Source: Mobula birostris (Eukaryota). Taken from it: a DNA stretch of 64,000 nucleotides. This document shows, piece by piece, positions 1 through 14,330 of this stretch (position 1 is its first letter; each line of letters opens with the position of its first letter). Made by a program: the position numbers and the translations under genes. The DNA lies in assembly GCF_030028105.1 (NCBI RefSeq), contig NC_092370.1:182786647-182850646 (forward strand). The letters run 5' to 3'. Below the pieces are notes generated by a model. That model made no database searches. It saw nothing but the letters and a program-made list of their open reading frames with translations, and was not told the origin of the DNA.

Positions 1-639
1 GCTTTGCATCTTCATCCAGACTGTCCTCTTTTGATCTCAGCTGCCCTTTCTCTCTAACTTCACAAGCTAAATACCTTATTTTCTTCAAGTTCTCTTCCTC
101 CATCTCTAACCTCTGATTATCCTGCCTTAGGATTACCATACCAGTATCAGATATATCTTTTTTTTTGCATTAGATGCATCATTGGCTGCACTCAGCCATC
201 CGGAACACCACGCACGCACACTATTGACTTTGTGCTCTCTCTGTCTGGCTACTTTCCCTCCACTCACTTCATGCTCCTTTTGGATGTTTGTTCTAATTTT
301 ATATCTTTCATGCAAAGTCCCTCAAGAAGCTAACTGGGACACAGTGCTTAACCTTTGTACTCATTTGGATCATTTCTGAAACACCTGTTTGATTTAGTAA
401 TAAATAGTCAACAACCCTGCCCACCATGGGACAGCTAATTTACCTGGAGTATCACTTAATGTTCATGCACAGTCAAATAATGACAGGGATTAAATGAACC
501 ATCTCTATTTTAATGGGTAGAATGCTGCCAATTTGTTACTGCTACAAAGAAAGTCCAGGTAAAATATTACCTTGAATGTTTATTAGTTATTTGATCCCTA
601 ACTGAAGTTTTGTGGTGGCAATGTGTTCTATGCCTTTCA

Positions 640-1045
640 TGTTTTATGAGCATGTCTTATAAAGAAAGGTTGAGTGAGCTAGGGGTTCTTTTTGGAGCAA
701 AACAGGTCTAGAGGTGATTTGGTAGAGGTATATTACATTATAAGAGGCTTTGATATAGTGGAGAACTAGCAACTTTTTCTCAGGGTAGAAATGGCTAATA
801 TGAGATGGCATAATTAGGGGAAAGTATGGGGGATGTCAGAGACACAAGAGAGTGGTGGGTGTGTGGAACACTCCACCAGGAATGGTGGTAGTCAGATACA
901 TTAGAACCATTTAAGATACTCTTAGATAGGCACATGGATGAAAGAAAAATGGAGGGCTATGTGAGATTGATCTTGGAGTTGGTTAAAAGTTTGTCCCAAT
1001 GGGCTGAAGGTCTGTACTGGACTGTAGTGTTCTATGTTTTATGTT
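640..1045 (+). mobile_element. CR1 LINE 3' fragment (decayed)
   Basis: Degenerate CR1 ORF2 C-terminal sequence (agagagtggtgggtgtgtggaac, RVVGVWN-like) ending in a ttctatgt-like tail; resembles the younger copy at 13297-13800. Confidence 0.8.
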
Positions 1046-1072
1046 GTATCTGGTCTCACAGAAAGTAACAAT

Positions 1073-1790
1073 TGTAGCCCCCCCACCCCCCTCCACGGCC
1101 ACCCTCAGAGTTGCTCGGCTCGCTGTCGTCTAGGGAAACAGCCTCGGACCCGCCAAACTGGATAATACGTTTGTGTGAATGCTGTGTGATGTATCCCACC
1201 CCGCCCAAATAACAGACAATACACCAGATACGATTAAATGGTTTACAGTTTATAGATATTACTGGAACTATATAATTTAAGAGAGAATAAAATATAGAAG
1301 GAAAATAAAAGGTGCCACACTTATCAAAGTTCAAGCTCTTCGTGCACAAAACTGTTGGAGCTCAAGGACCTTCTTCTTCACCCTGCAACCCCTCGGACCA
1401 CCTCTATCGGCCGCCTGGGACCAACAACGGTGGTTGACCAGATGCTCCACACAAGTCCATCTCCATCTCCTCTCCTCGCCGAGCGCCCCTATCGGGGTCT
1501 GACCCCATTAGCGGACATCACAGCACCTGGTCCATCCTCTGTCTCGGTCTCCCGCCTTCTGCCCAAAAACCCCGCACATACAGTATCTTCAAATACACCA
1601 AAAACATAACAACTATCCCAATTGGTTAATAACATATTTCTTATCACACTCTAAACAAAAACAAGCTGCTAGCGCAAACTTTCTCAGCGTTTAACACAAC
1701 AAAACTGCATTCCCCAGATTAACATAACAAAGACACCATTTTAATTAACCTCCGCAGTAACATAAAAGTTGAAACCCCCTGAAATCTACA
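1073..1790 (-). mobile_element. Putative solo LTR (Gypsy-like)
   Basis: CpG-retaining ~720 bp block bounded by TGTAG...CTACA, with no ORF and a CCAAT motif. No matching TSD found, so the boundaries are tentative. Confidence 0.5.
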
Positions 1791-2422
1791 GTGAAAGTAT
1801 AAGTAAATCTATACAAAGGCTGTATTTTGTAATCACATTTTTCAATGGTCTTACTATGCTTGAATGGCTTCTATGCTTGAGACTTCTGCCACTGATTCGA
1901 GTACGTATTTCTTTTCCAAGAAAGGTTGACTTGCATTTATATAGCATCTTGGATGCCCCTTTCAGGATGTCTCAAAGCACTACAAGAGCCAATTAACTGC
2001 CTTTGAAATGGGCAAAAGCAGAATTCTGTTGATGTTGAAAATATGAAATAGAAACAGAAAATTCTGCAAATACTCAGGACAGGCAATGCTTGATGGAGGA
2101 AGCATCTCTGCAGATTTTGCCTGGTCATAAACATTATAATAAGTTTCTATTACTTTTGATTAATAGTCAGTATGGTACTGCCATGGGAAATGTGCATTTA
2201 ATGCTCAGCTTCTAGAGTATTCTCACTTTGACTTTTTCAAATCTGAAGGCCTAATGCCTTTCCTGGTAACTGACCTCTACTTGGTCCCATTGGGAGTGAA
2301 CACACATTAAAACTATAACGTGGAACAATTCCATAGTCCCAAAGACTGAGAATGACCGAGAAGATCCATGATAGCCCAATAGTGTAACTATTGATGTGCA
2401 GTGTCATGTAGTATACGTTGGT

Positions 2423-2515
2423 AACACACATCAAAGTTGCTGGTGAATGCAGCAGGCCAGGCAGCATCTGTAGGAAGAGGTGCAGTCGACGTTTCAGGCC
2501 GAGACCCTTCGTCAG
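2423..2515 (-). mobile_element. Penelope-like element 3' terminal fragment with truncated hammerhead
   Basis: Near-identical reverse complement of 55560-55655; truncated immediately at the CTGACGA core. Confidence 0.85.
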
Positions 2516-3049
2516 AAAAAAGCTACTTCTTCAATTCAAGTGGAAAATTGCATGTTGCTTTTTAGTTCCTCATTCAGTTTTATCACATAGTGAAAGAAAC
2601 AAGGGTAAGGAAATGATTCATATTCAGTATGGTAATTATTAGAAACAATATTGTATTTGGGCTGGTGCTAGGCAAATAGCATTAAGGTAGCTTTAGCACC
2701 AATGAAACTACTCTGAATGGAGAGGGGATTGCTTGGGTTGGTAGGGGGTGATGAGGGTGTAGAAAAGGAAGCAACACTTAAAAGCTTTAATCTTACAGAA
2801 TAGTATCTTTAAGTGTTTTAATATAGTTTTCTGGCAAGGTGACAACATTGAACATTGAACTAGTCTTTGTTAGTATGTTGTGAGAATTGAAAATAAATTA
2901 GCTAATGTCAGTGCTGAACTTCCAGACCTGCTCAACGTTTCTTGCCTTGGCCTTATATCCTTTCATACTTGCTCAAAAATCTATTGAGCTCAGTTACTGA
3001 TCCCAAAGATTCATACCCTTTGTGTCAAGGAGTTTTTCTGAATGACCAG

Positions 3050-3580
3050 CTCACCAGATAGACCACAGAAAGCATCCTATCTGGGTGCATCACAGCTCGG
3101 TATGGCAACTCTCTGCCTGAGACCACAGGAAACTACAGGAAGTTATGGACGCTGATCAGCACACCATAAACCAAACCTCTCTCCATTGACAGTCTACAAC
3201 TCATGCTGCCTTGGTAAAGTACCCAAAATAAAGACCCCTCCCATCAGGCAAAAGATACAGAAGTCTGAAAGCATGCACCCTAAGCTCAAGGCCTTTTATT
3301 TCACTGTTATAGGAAGATCAAATGGACCTCTTGAATGCAAAGATGGACACTTGCTCCCACAATGCACTTCTTCATGGCCTTGCACCTTATTGTTGGGCTG
3401 CACTCCACTCTCTCTGTAACTACAACACTTTATTCTACATCTGGCTATGGCTTTTCCCTTGTACTTCCTCAATGTACGGATGTGTTGAATAATCTGTGAC
3501 CATGGCATGCAAAACAAAGTGTTTCACTGTAGCTCAGTACAGGTGGCAACAATAAACCCATTCACCAATTTAATTTACCA
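3050..3580 (+). mobile_element. Rex1/Babar-type LINE 3' fragment
   Basis: agaaagcatcctatctgggtgcatcacagctcggtatggcaac matches the ESILTGCITAWYGN motif of ORF 50060-50410; ends in aataaac plus a short repeat tail. Confidence 0.7.
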
Positions 3581-5499
3581 AATTCTGAATTTGCTCTCTA
3601 AATTTATTTTTACTCTAATTTTCTCGATAATGCTCCTTTACCTCACAATTTCATCACCGCTTGCCTCTGACTTCCCAAGCATTCCATCATCTTCATCTTT
3701 TTCCAAATCCAACAGTCTCACTGCTCCAGTGAACAAAATTTGATCCCGACCTCCAATAGTGTCAATGTGGAGAGGCCTTCAGAGTTGTCCTAAAGGTATG
3801 TTGGTACGTTAAATGGCCACTGTAAGTGGCAAAAGAGTCAAGAGTGCAAATGGACATAGAGGACAATTTGCAGATGTACAGGAAAAGAGGAAATGGGATT
3901 GGCATTGTTCTGATGTAAATCTGCATAAACCCAATGGCCTGAATGGCATTATTCTGTGCAGTAATAAGTTACTAACTGCCGAGTGGATCAGCAAATATTT
4001 GCTCCCTGATTAGTGGTAGAACAAAATTCTGATTTTACGAAATCTATACAGTACATGGTGCTGGCTGAAGGCAATGCAGAGTTAAATCAATTTATGCAAA
4101 ATATCCAGCACAGAATATTTCATTCCAATAACATATGCATAATCCAATTGAAAATATTAGGCTTGAAACCCCACGGGGTTTTTGCAGTCAGCATAACAAA
4201 TTCTTTTGGGAAGTAGGTGGAAAATAATATAAACAGACATTTATGTATAGAAGAGGAACTGATACATGCTTGGTGAAATATCTGAGCTGTTGTATTACTT
4301 CAGAATTGTACAAACATAAGTGGAATTGGCATATGGACAAAGATGAAGCTGTTGAGGAAGGAAGTCTCTTTCACTCCACTAACATTCCAGTTGCCTTCTT
4401 CTGCCACATAGTCCCCCTGTTATTGTGCTTTCTTTCCTTCCTGTCAGTCCTTATCTTTGCTGTATATCTCCACTTGTACTTCTGGCTCTTCCCCATTTCA
4501 TACTCTCCCTTCCTTTCATCTGTTTCCATTTATAATTTCTGCTTTTCTCTCTTGACCTTTATTTTCTTTATTCTTTAGGTCTTCAATACTGACCTTTCAG
4601 AGCAATTCTCTTGCTCCATTATGCAATATAGCATTCAAGTTATCATGTGCAGGACTTGGGTGTAGTGCGATGAATAAGGAAGGAGCCAGACTATAAGCAA
4701 ATCCAGATAGCAAGCAGCCAGCGTAAAAACTAAGATGCTAGCTGGTATTCAGTGCTAGCCAGAACATTCCCCAATGTCTAAAGTGCAATTGAACATCTGT
4801 TCTTTGCAACTGATTCAATGTGTGCGCTATCTTTAATAGTATGGTATACATTAAAACTGATTAATTTTAACCTATAGAATTAGTCATCAGGTTCCTCACT
4901 AAAGACACTTACTTTTTTTTAGTTTAAACTCAGAACTGCATGGCAGAAAATGCACAGATATCAGTGCAGTGTCATTTAAAACATGCTTTTGAAGATGGTG
5001 TTGATCTTGATTTGTACAACTCATTATTTGATGAAGGCGTACAGCTTACTGTGTCTCCCAGTACTCCTATGCAGGAACTTCTTGATGTTTTGAATTTTTA
5101 AACTGTTTGTTTCTCTTCTGGAAATATTTTTCCACTGTTACGTGGAAGCATCCATTTAATTTGGAAGATGGCACTCTCTAGTCTGGCTTTCTCTTGCTTG
5201 TGGTACTCAGGTGTGTTGGTCCTAGCAAGTTCCTGTTTACTCAGCTTGGAATATCTAACAGTGAAATGTCACCCCTGACACCTACCACTGGAGTTCACTT
5301 CAGCCATCCTGATGGCAACTTACATCCCACCCCATGTGGATGTGAAGCCTGGACTCAAAGAACTATATACTGTGTTCTATTGAATACCCTGAGGACCTCT
5401 TCATCATTGGCGACCCCAAGAGTATGTTACCATTGGTGCACAACTATCAAAGATGCCTACCGAAACATCCCGCTCACTCTCACACTTTGGTAAATGAGA

Positions 5500-7790
5500 T
5501 CACCAGGCTGTGCTCCTTCTCCCTGCAAACAAGCAGAAACTGCAATACGGTAATCCAGCAGAGAAAATTGTATCGTGCTGGCCTGAGGAAATGGTGAGTT
5601 TTTATATGACTGCGTTGAGTCATTAGACTAATCCATGTTTAAAGACTCAGTGGCTAGCCAGGTGAGTCCATCACAGAGTTTACAAGCAAGTCTGTTGAGG
5701 AGTTTTATAAGGAATTGAGATACAACCTCTGCAAACCCATCGGAGATACCAAGAGCCAATACCAGTCCAAAATCAAGTTGCAGACCAGCTGTCAATTATG
5801 GCAGGGAATACATGACATAATGGGTTACAAAACAAAGGCAGGCAATGCTTCAGTTCTTCTTGATGAACTTAACACATTCTATGCAAGTTTAGAACAGAAG
5901 GGGATTAAAATGTCACCCCGCAACCAAACAGCCTCCAATGCCCCTCAACCCACAGTCACAATTGCAGATGCAAGATTAGTTTTCCAGAGAGTGAACCTGA
6001 AGAAAGCATCTGGCCTAGTGATGTCCCTAGTCATGTCCTTAGATCTTGTGTGGATCTGCTGGTTGGGCTATTTGCAGACATTTTGAACTTATTTCTGCTC
6101 CAATCTAAGGTTCCCAGCAGCTTTAAGGCCACTAGCATTCCAGTACCCAAGAAAAACATGGTAACGTATCTTAATGCTCAAGCAGTGACACCCTCTAGCA
6201 TCCGCCATCATGAAGTGCTTCAATAGGCTAGTCCTGGCACACATGAACTCCAGACTCCTAGACAGCCTCCACGCAGTGCAATTGCCTACTGCAGAGACCA
6301 TCTCCCTGGCTCTACACTCAGCACCGTAGCATCAGGACAGTAAAGAAACCTGTGTTACATTAGATTTATTGACTAAAGCACTGCTTTCCAAACAACGCAA
6401 GCTCATTTCCAAACTCCTAGACTTGGGACTCAACACCGCTTTTTGCAATTGGATCATCGACTTCCTGACCATCAGTAAGGATAAGCAGCAACACCTCTGC
6501 CAGGATTATCCTCAACACTGGTGCCCCACAAAGCTGTGACCTCATCCCCCATGCTCTAATCTCTATATGCTCATCAATGCATTGCCAGATTCTGCTCCAA
6601 CTACATCTACAAGTTTGCTGATGCTACTATCATCGTGGGTCGTTTCTCAAATAACACTGAGTCGCAGAACAGGAATGAGATAGAGGGCCTAGTGACATAG
6701 TCTCATGAGAACCTTTCTCTTAATGGTAGCAAAACAAAAGAGCTGGTCATTGACTTCAGGAAGTGGATGATACATATGCCCTTATTTATATCAACAGTGC
6801 TGATGTGGAGAGGGTTGAGAACTTCAAGTTGCTGAGCGTGAACAAATCCAGCCTCCCCTCCAAGTACTTAACGTTCAAAGTAAATTGATTATCCAACTAT
6901 GTATACAGTATGTCACCATATACTACCCCGAGGTTCATTTTCTTGCAGGCATTCACGGTAGGTTAAAAAATACATCAGAATCAATGAGAAACTACGAGAA
7001 AGACAGACAATTGGTCTGCAAAATTCAGAGACCATAGGTTGTGGAATCATTTCAGTGTTGATTGAAGTTTTCCATGCAGGATCAGGAGCCTGCCTCTGTA
7101 AAGCAGCCAGCATAATCAATGACCCCACCCACCCCAGGCAGAAGACACAAATGCCTAATAGCACATATCACCAGGCTCAACACAGCTTCTATCCCACTGT
7201 TTTACAAGTATTGAATAGTTCCCTAGTACTATAAGATGGACTCTTGACTACCTGCAATATACTTGCACCTTATTGTCTACTTGCAGTGCACTTTCTCCAT
7301 AACTGTAAGACATTACTTGTCATAAGGTGGGTGATGGTGGCAGACCCAAATGCAAGACACAAACACTGAAATACTAGGAACAGGATTTGACTTGAGAGCT
7401 GGGACAAGAACACAGACTTGGGCTGGACATTGGCTAATAAACCCGGAACCCAGACAAGGAACTGGGAACTAGGAGCCTGGGCTTGGACTCCGAGCCAGAG
7501 ACTGGACCAGGACCCAGAACCTGAGGTATTTATGTGTCTGCCTAGACAAGAATCATGTGCTTCAATTAGAGCACCCAACAGAACAAAGGAAAACCAGAAA
7601 ACCTGGAATAAGGATCGATGGACCGGTCCATGAACCAGAATGAGGACTTCATGGACCGGACTATGACATTACTCTACATTCTATTATTATTTTTAACTCG
7701 GACTGCCTCAATGCTCCATTGTAATGAAATGATCTGTAGGAACTGGACTCATTGTATCTCAGTACATGGGACAATATTAAAACAATTCAC
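5500..7790 (+). mobile_element. Rex1/Babar-type LINE, decayed RT region, interrupted by a solo LTR
   Basis: Frameshifted RT motifs: LDELNTFYA, IMKCF, ggtgccccacaa (GAPQ), aagtttgctgatg (KFAD). Confidence 0.75.
7318..7668 (-). mobile_element. Solo LTR (351 bp)
   Basis: Termini TGTCATA...TATGACA with a perfect 5-bp TSD TTACT (7313-7317, 7669-7673). Strand is tentative. Confidence 0.85.
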
Positions 7791-9375
7791 CCAATGATAA
7801 AACAAATTCAAGTTGTCACACTGCAGAGGGGGAATAGACACATTTGTGTGATAATAGTTCACAAATATTTGTTATCTCAGCAAAGCTATGAATTGTAGAT
7901 AAGCAGGTCTAAAATACTTGTATACCCACAAAGACCAAGTACAGACCACAATGCAGTAAGACAGTCAAGGAGATGTTCAAATGGCCTCCTAACTAGGTGT
8001 TGGCTTGTGAAGTGTAATAACTCAGTATTAGGAATTGAGGTAGGTGATATCAGTTGGCAGAGGATAAATGAATACTTTTTCTAAAGTGAAGCATTCAAAC
8101 TACAGCAGAATGTATGTTGATTAAAACGCAAGGATAATTTTAGGAAGAAGACAAAGACACTGCCAACCTATATCAGAATAAGCATTGGTAATGGTTTATC
8201 ACTATTTATAGTAGCTTCAGCAATCAGAACAATAGAAAATTAATTTGCTAAAGGAAAGATATGAGTCTTGGTGCAAATCTAGACTTACAATAAAGATACC
8301 AATCTCAATTAGATACATTCTACTTGATATTAAACATTTTGGTTCCAGTATAATAGTAAAATTTCATCTCCTTTGAATGATCCCGGAGATTGGAGCAAAA
8401 AGATTATTTCAAAAATCTCAGCAGATTTTCCAATCAAATTGTGAATCAGAGGAGTGCTATTTTACAGTGTCAGGAACCAAGTATACAGACAAAAAGTAAC
8501 ATGTGAAAAATACAGAAGTGTTCACAGAAGGAAGAGTCACATACCTGAAGGGAGAGAAGAAATCCAATGAAATATGTGAGCACAAGGTCAGTGAGGTCCA
8601 GTTACCTGCTGTGCTCAATTTGCCCAAGACTGAAGGAAATTTCCAGTTTGTATTTCTGCAAATTGAGGGCAACAGAGATCTGAAATACTGTAAATTTGAG
8701 ACTGAATATGATGAATGATTTCTGTTCTGAGACAAATCTGCTGAGCGCTACAGAGCAAAGTTGTGTGAATAGGTTTGAGTTATAGAATAGCCATGATTGA
8801 CTGGATGGAGAAACAACATAGATGGGTTAAAATACTGTTTACTTGTGCTTTGTTCCTAATTAATAGCTGCTTGCAAAGCTAGGTTATGCTTTACTTGCAA
8901 TGTTTTCTTATCGACAATCTCCTCGGAGTCATTCCTGTCTGAACCGTAATTCGTTAACAAACTTCCTCTTTTGAACAATTTGGATGAAATTAAAAATCCC
9001 ACCCCAAACTTTCATGGTCTCGTTCAAAGTCAGGGGTCGGATCAAGTGAAAGTATTTTCCTAACACAATGGGGCCTGTAATTGGTGAAAATGTAGGGATA
9101 CCTGTCACAGCCAAAAAGTAATGGAACACACTCAGGATTTGGCAATATTAATAAATATCTTCCAGCTTCAGGAGCTGAGTTACTGTTGTCTTTATGAAGC
9201 AAGGCATAATCATCAGCCTCTCTCCTCGCAACTTTGTGCTGCTGCTCACCATCACCTCTCTGGACACCACTCAGTAGTCTCTGGGAACAACAGCACAGGC
9301 TTTCCACTCCCTATCACCTGCATACAGTCGAAAAGAGGTTGCTAGCTACCTCTTCTGCTGGCCTACTGCTAACCC

Positions 9376-9723
9376 TGTCATAAGCCCCGTGGGCCTGTGC
9401 AGTGAGCCGGAGAGCGTTGGGCTCTGAGATTGCTAGAGCACCTGTGTTTGTTAATTCTTGTCTCAATTAGAATCGGTAAGCACTTGTGCTTTCTGTTTAA
9501 TGCTGTCAAGTTTATTTTGACTGTGATTATTTAAAGTGCACTCCTGATTAGGGCTCATCACAGGGTCCTTGTTTTGAGAATGATTTGTCTCGCAGTGTCA
9601 CTCGGTGGAGCCACAGATGTTCTGCAGGAATTTCTATGGATAAACTGTTGTTTCCATCTCTACATGGGAGTTCAGTCTTTCCTCCACACCTGGGTTCAGT
9701 CTTTGCCAGTGCATATCATGACA
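9376..9723 (+). mobile_element. Solo LTR (348 bp)
   Basis: Termini TGTCAT...ATGACA with a perfect 5-bp TSD AACCC (9371-9375, 9724-9728). Strand is tentative. Confidence 0.85.
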
Positions 9724-10317
9724 AACCCTCTCAAACCAGCTCTCAGCTGCTCTGTTATATGATTTAAATAAAAATGGAAGAAAATGGAAAATGGAAAATT
9801 GTCACAATTGGAATTAGTGGTCTTGAAAACAGATATGTCAGATTTTTATCCCACTTAATCAATTTTCACAAATGCTGTATAAATTCTATTGAGTATATTC
9901 TGTCCTCTGACCTGAGAGATCTGATCACCTGACACAATACATCATGAGCTGGCAGTTTTGGGCCTGACATTTTCTAAAGCCCAATATTTCCTAAAAGCAT
10001 TCATATTCTCTGGATACAGAAGGTCAGACAATTTAACCTGCAGCACCCCAGGACCAATCCTGAGGTCCAGAGGTTCTGCATTGTTTAATGTACTGATTTA
10101 TTCTGATTCATCCCTTGTTCCACACGCTCCTTCCTAACGTCCTCTGCTAATGAAAACAAACTGAAATCTCTTTCTGCCCTAGTTCTGGGGAAAGGTTACA
10201 GACATGATATGTTGACTATTTCTCCTTCTACCGATGCAATTTAACCTGCTGAGTGTCTGCAGCATTTGCGGTTTTGGTTCCGCAGAGTGACTCAGCCCAC
10301 GAGGCATTGTCTACAGA

Positions 10318-10635
10318 GTAGCATATCAGTTAGCACGATGCTATTACAGCTTGGTGTCTTGGGGTTTGGAGTTCATTTGCAATGTCCTCTGTAAGGAATT
10401 TGTACATCCTTCCCGTGAGTGTGTGAGTTTCCTCCTGGTGCTCTGGTTTCCATCCGAAGTCCAAAGACGTACTGGTTATTAGATTAATTACTCATTGTAA
10501 ATTGTCCTGTGATTAGGTAGGGGTCGAATGAGTGGGTTGCTGGGCGGTGCAGTTCATTGGGCATGGGGGTTGTGGGGGGAGGCGGGTAGGACCTCTTCCA
10601 CATTGTATCTTTAAAGAAAATGAAATAAATAAAAA
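10318..10635 (+). mobile_element. V-SINE (HE1-like, tRNA-derived)
   Basis: tRNA-like head, V-domain gtttcctcctggtgctctggtttccatccgaagtccaaagacg, CR1-like tail and A-rich end. Confidence 0.8.
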
Positions 10636-10879
10636 CTCGAGCACATTTGACAAAAATGAGTCAGCGATATTTAAATGCTATTCAAATAATTTTAAATAAT
10701 TTTTGAGACTGGCTGTTTTGCGGCGGAAGGGCTGTGCTTGAGGTCTAAGTACAGAAACTTTGACCAATGAGACTTTATCAAGGTGTTTTACACAGGACAG
10801 GACCCATTATGTCAATGTTTTGTCTTTCCTCTTCCTTTCTTTTAACCCAGTTCTAACTCCAGAAGAAGAAATAACTGTC

Positions 10880-12610
10880 AGTAGAGAGTAGCATGCTCCC
10901 TCTATGAGGTGAGGAAGACCAGGGTGAAGTCAGTTATCCCTGACAACTGCATTTGCAAGTAGTGGTACCCTGTTCAGACTACATGGATCAGCTGGGCTCA
11001 CTGAGGAACAGAAGGGGCATAGACTTTCATAAAGTTGATCACATCACAGATTCAGCCAGGTAGATGGGTAATCACTTGAATGGGCAATGAGGTAATTCCG
11101 AAGTCCCTGTAACTGTTTTGGATACTGTTGGGGGGAAAGGCATCCACTCAAGTGAAAGCAATAATAGCAGCCAGATCAGAGGCACCACAAATGGCTCTGT
11201 TGTACAGTAGGGAAAGTCAAGGTCTAGGTGAGCAACAGTGATAGGGGACTCCATAGTCATGGGCACGGGGTGGGGGGGTGGGGGGCATTTCTGTAGCTAT
11301 GAGCGAAACTCCAGGATGGTATGCTGCTGCTTCCCTGGTGCCAGTGTTAAGGATATCTCTGAACAGACATTTTGAAAAGGAAGGCTGAGCAGACAGGGGT
11401 CCTGCTCCATATTGGTACATAGGTAAGAAGAGAGAGGAGAACATGCATGGCAAATTGAGAGAGTGAAGTAGAAAGTTGAAGAGCAGAACCTCTGGGGTTG
11501 TAATCTTGGGTTTCCTCCTAGGGCCATGTGCAAGCAAAGGTAGCAATAGAAAGATAGTGCATCGGAATTTGTGGCTAAAGAGCTGGTCTTAGAGGTGGGA
11601 GTAGGGAGTCTTCAGGTAGTTGAACCTTTGGGCTTTTCTCCAGAGCAGGTGCAATCTGCACCAAAAAGAAAGGTTGCAGCTAAAATTGGGGGGTGGGGGA
11701 CCAATATCATGGTGAAGTTTATGACTGCTACACAGGAGGGTTTATACTGGTGTGGCAGGGAGATAGGAACTGAAACAGGAATCAGCAGGTGGAGTGATTG
11801 AGGAGAAGTTAGACGTTAAGTCAAATAAGACTCAACAGGACAACAGGCAGGGCCAGAATAATTAATGATGCAGGTTTGGTGGCCTGAGATATATTTATTT
11901 TCATGCAAGAAGTGTAACAGTGGAGCAAATGTAATTAGGGCCTGTTTTAATACATGGAACTAGGATGTTGCAGACATTAACAGAGGTTTGGTTGCGAAAG
12001 AAGGAGAAAGACAGCTCAACACTATGTCATAGCTACACTAAGAGAGGATGTCTTGGAGGGCTCATACAACAAGCCATATGGGGCAAACTCAGAAATAAGA
12101 AAGATGGAATCACCATGATGAAGTTATACCATAGCCTCCCAATAGTCAGCAGTAGATAGGTGAACAGATATGCATATAGACCATGGAAAGATGTGAAAAC
12201 AACAGGATTATTGTACTGGATGATTTTAACTTCCTCAGTTTTAACTGGGACTCTCTTAGTGCTGGGAATTTAGATGGGCAGAATTGATTTGGTGTATTCA
12301 GGAGAGTTTCTTGAAACAATATATAGATGGTTCAACGAGGGATGGGCTGTACTAGATTTTATATTGGGATATGTGCCTGGCCAGATGATCAAAGTTTCAA
12401 TAAGGGATATTTCCGGGAACAGTGACCATAATTCTATACATTTTAAGATAGTTATAAATAAGGCTAAGACCTTATTTAAAGGTCTTTGGGTTAAATTGCA
12501 AAATTGGAGGAAGGCTAGTATGAGGAAGAAACTTGGAGGAATAGATTGGGAGTTTAGGTCAAGTATGCTTTTGTGAAAATAAAGAGCAAAGACAGCAAGG
12601 TTCCGGAACC
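10880..12610 (+). mobile_element. Old CR1 LINE: ORF1 esterase and APE remnants (resumes ~14330-14905)
   Basis: gtgataggggactccatagtc (VIGDSIV), GDFN-like and GNSDHN APE motifs; many stops. Confidence 0.75.
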
Positions 12611-14330
12611 ATAAGACCTTAAGACATAGGAACAGAATTAGGTAATTCAGTCTAACGAGTCCTCTCCACCATTTTATCATGGCAGATTCAATTCCCTCTT
12701 AACCCTGTTCTTCTGCTTCTCCCCATATCCTGACTAATCAAGAACCTATCAACCTTCAACCTAAATGCACCCAGTAACCTGGCCTCCACAGCCACCTGTG
12801 GTAACAAATTCCACAGATTTATCATCCTCTGGCGAAAGAAAGTCTGATTCATCTTTGTTCTAAATACACATCCTTCTATTTTGATGCAGTGTCTTCTGGC
12901 CCTTGACTCCCCCACCAAAGGAAATATCCTCTTCACATCTACTCTATCTAGGCTTTTCACATGAGAGATATCCTCTCATTCTTTTAAATTCCAGCAAGTA
13001 CAGGCCCAGTGCCTTCAATCGCTGTTCATGTAATAATCTTTTTATTCCCCAATCATTCTTGGGAACCTCCTCAGAACTCTCTGCAATGTAAGCACATCCT
13101 TTCTTGAATAAAGAGCCCAAAACTATTAACAATACTCCAAGTGAGATCTCACCAGTGCCTTATACAGCCTCATCATTACATCCTTACTTTTATATTCCAA
13201 CCCTCTTGAAATGGTTGCTAACATAGCATTCTCCTTCCTCACCAGCAATTCAACCAACAAATTAACCTTAAGGTAATTCTGCATGAGGACTCCCAATTCT
13301 GGTCACCTCACCATAGGAAGGATGTGGAAGCATTGGAAAGGGTACAGAGGAGATTTAACAGGATGCTGCCTGGTTTAGAAAGTATTCATTATGATCCGAG
13401 ATTAAGGGAGCTAGGGCTTTACTCTTTGGAGAGAAGGAGGATGAGAGGAGACTTGATAGAGGTGTACAAGATAATAAGAGGAATAGATAGAGTGGATAGC
13501 CAGCGCCTCTTCCCCAGGGCACCACTGCTCAATACAAGAGGACATGGCTTTAAGGTAAGGGGTGGGAAGTTCAAGGGGGATATTAGAGGAAGGTTTTTTA
13601 CTCAGAGAGTGGTTGGTGCGTGGAATGCACTGCCTGAGTCAGTGGTGGAGGCAGATACACTCGTGAAGTTTAAGAGACTACTAGACAGGTATATGGAGGA
13701 ATCTAAGGTTGGGGCTTATATGGGAGGCAGGGTTTGAGGGTCGGCACAACATTGTGGGCCGAAGGGCCTGTACTGTGCTGTACTATTCTATGTTCTATGT
13801 AACTCAGAGTTTTTAAATTTCTCCCCGTTTAGAAAATAGTCTATGCTCGTATTCCTTCTGCCAAAGTGCATGGCTATACACTTCTAACACTGTAGTCCAT
13901 CTGTCACCTCTATGCCCATTCTTCTAATCTGTCTAAATCCTTCTGGAGCCTCTCTGTTTCCTCAACACTACCTGCCCCTTCACTTACCTGCAAAGTTGGT
14001 CACAAGCCCATCAATTTCATCATCCAAATCGTAGACATACAAAGTAATAAGAAGCGGTCCCAACACAGACATCTGTGAAACACAAGTAGTTACTGACAGC
14101 CATTCTGAAAAAGATCACTTTATTCCCACTCTTTGCCTCTTGCCAATCAGCCAATCCTCTATCCAGGCTAGTCGCTTTTCTGTAATACCAGCCTCACGTG
14201 AGGCACCTTGTCAAAAGGCTTCTGAAAATCCAAGTATACAACATCCACCAATTCTCCTTTGTCTATCTTGCTTTTATTTCTTCAAAGAGTTCCAACGGAT
14301 TTGTCAGGAAATATTTTTCCTTAAGGGAAC
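12610..14330 (-). mobile_element. CR1 LINE 3' part, interrupted by a younger CR1
   Basis: ORF 12688-12960 (FFRQRMINLWNLLPQ) and RT remnants at 13800-14330. Confidence 0.8.
13297..13800 (+). mobile_element. Young 5'-truncated CR1 LINE
   Basis: Open ORF 13324-13737 (LERVQRRF...RGDLIEVYK...FFTQRVVGAWN) followed by a (TTCTATG)n tail. Confidence 0.92.

Noticed and set aside
3642-3776. Possible 135-nt minus-strand exon (PLHIDTIGGRDQILFTGAVRLLDLEKDEDDG...)
   Set aside because: Good donor but weak acceptor, and the peptide is not recognised; insufficient support.
8895-9110. Exon-like segment with acceptor and donor on the minus strand
   Set aside because: Stops in all three frames between the splice sites. 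It could only be a terminal or non-coding exon, and no recognisable protein results.
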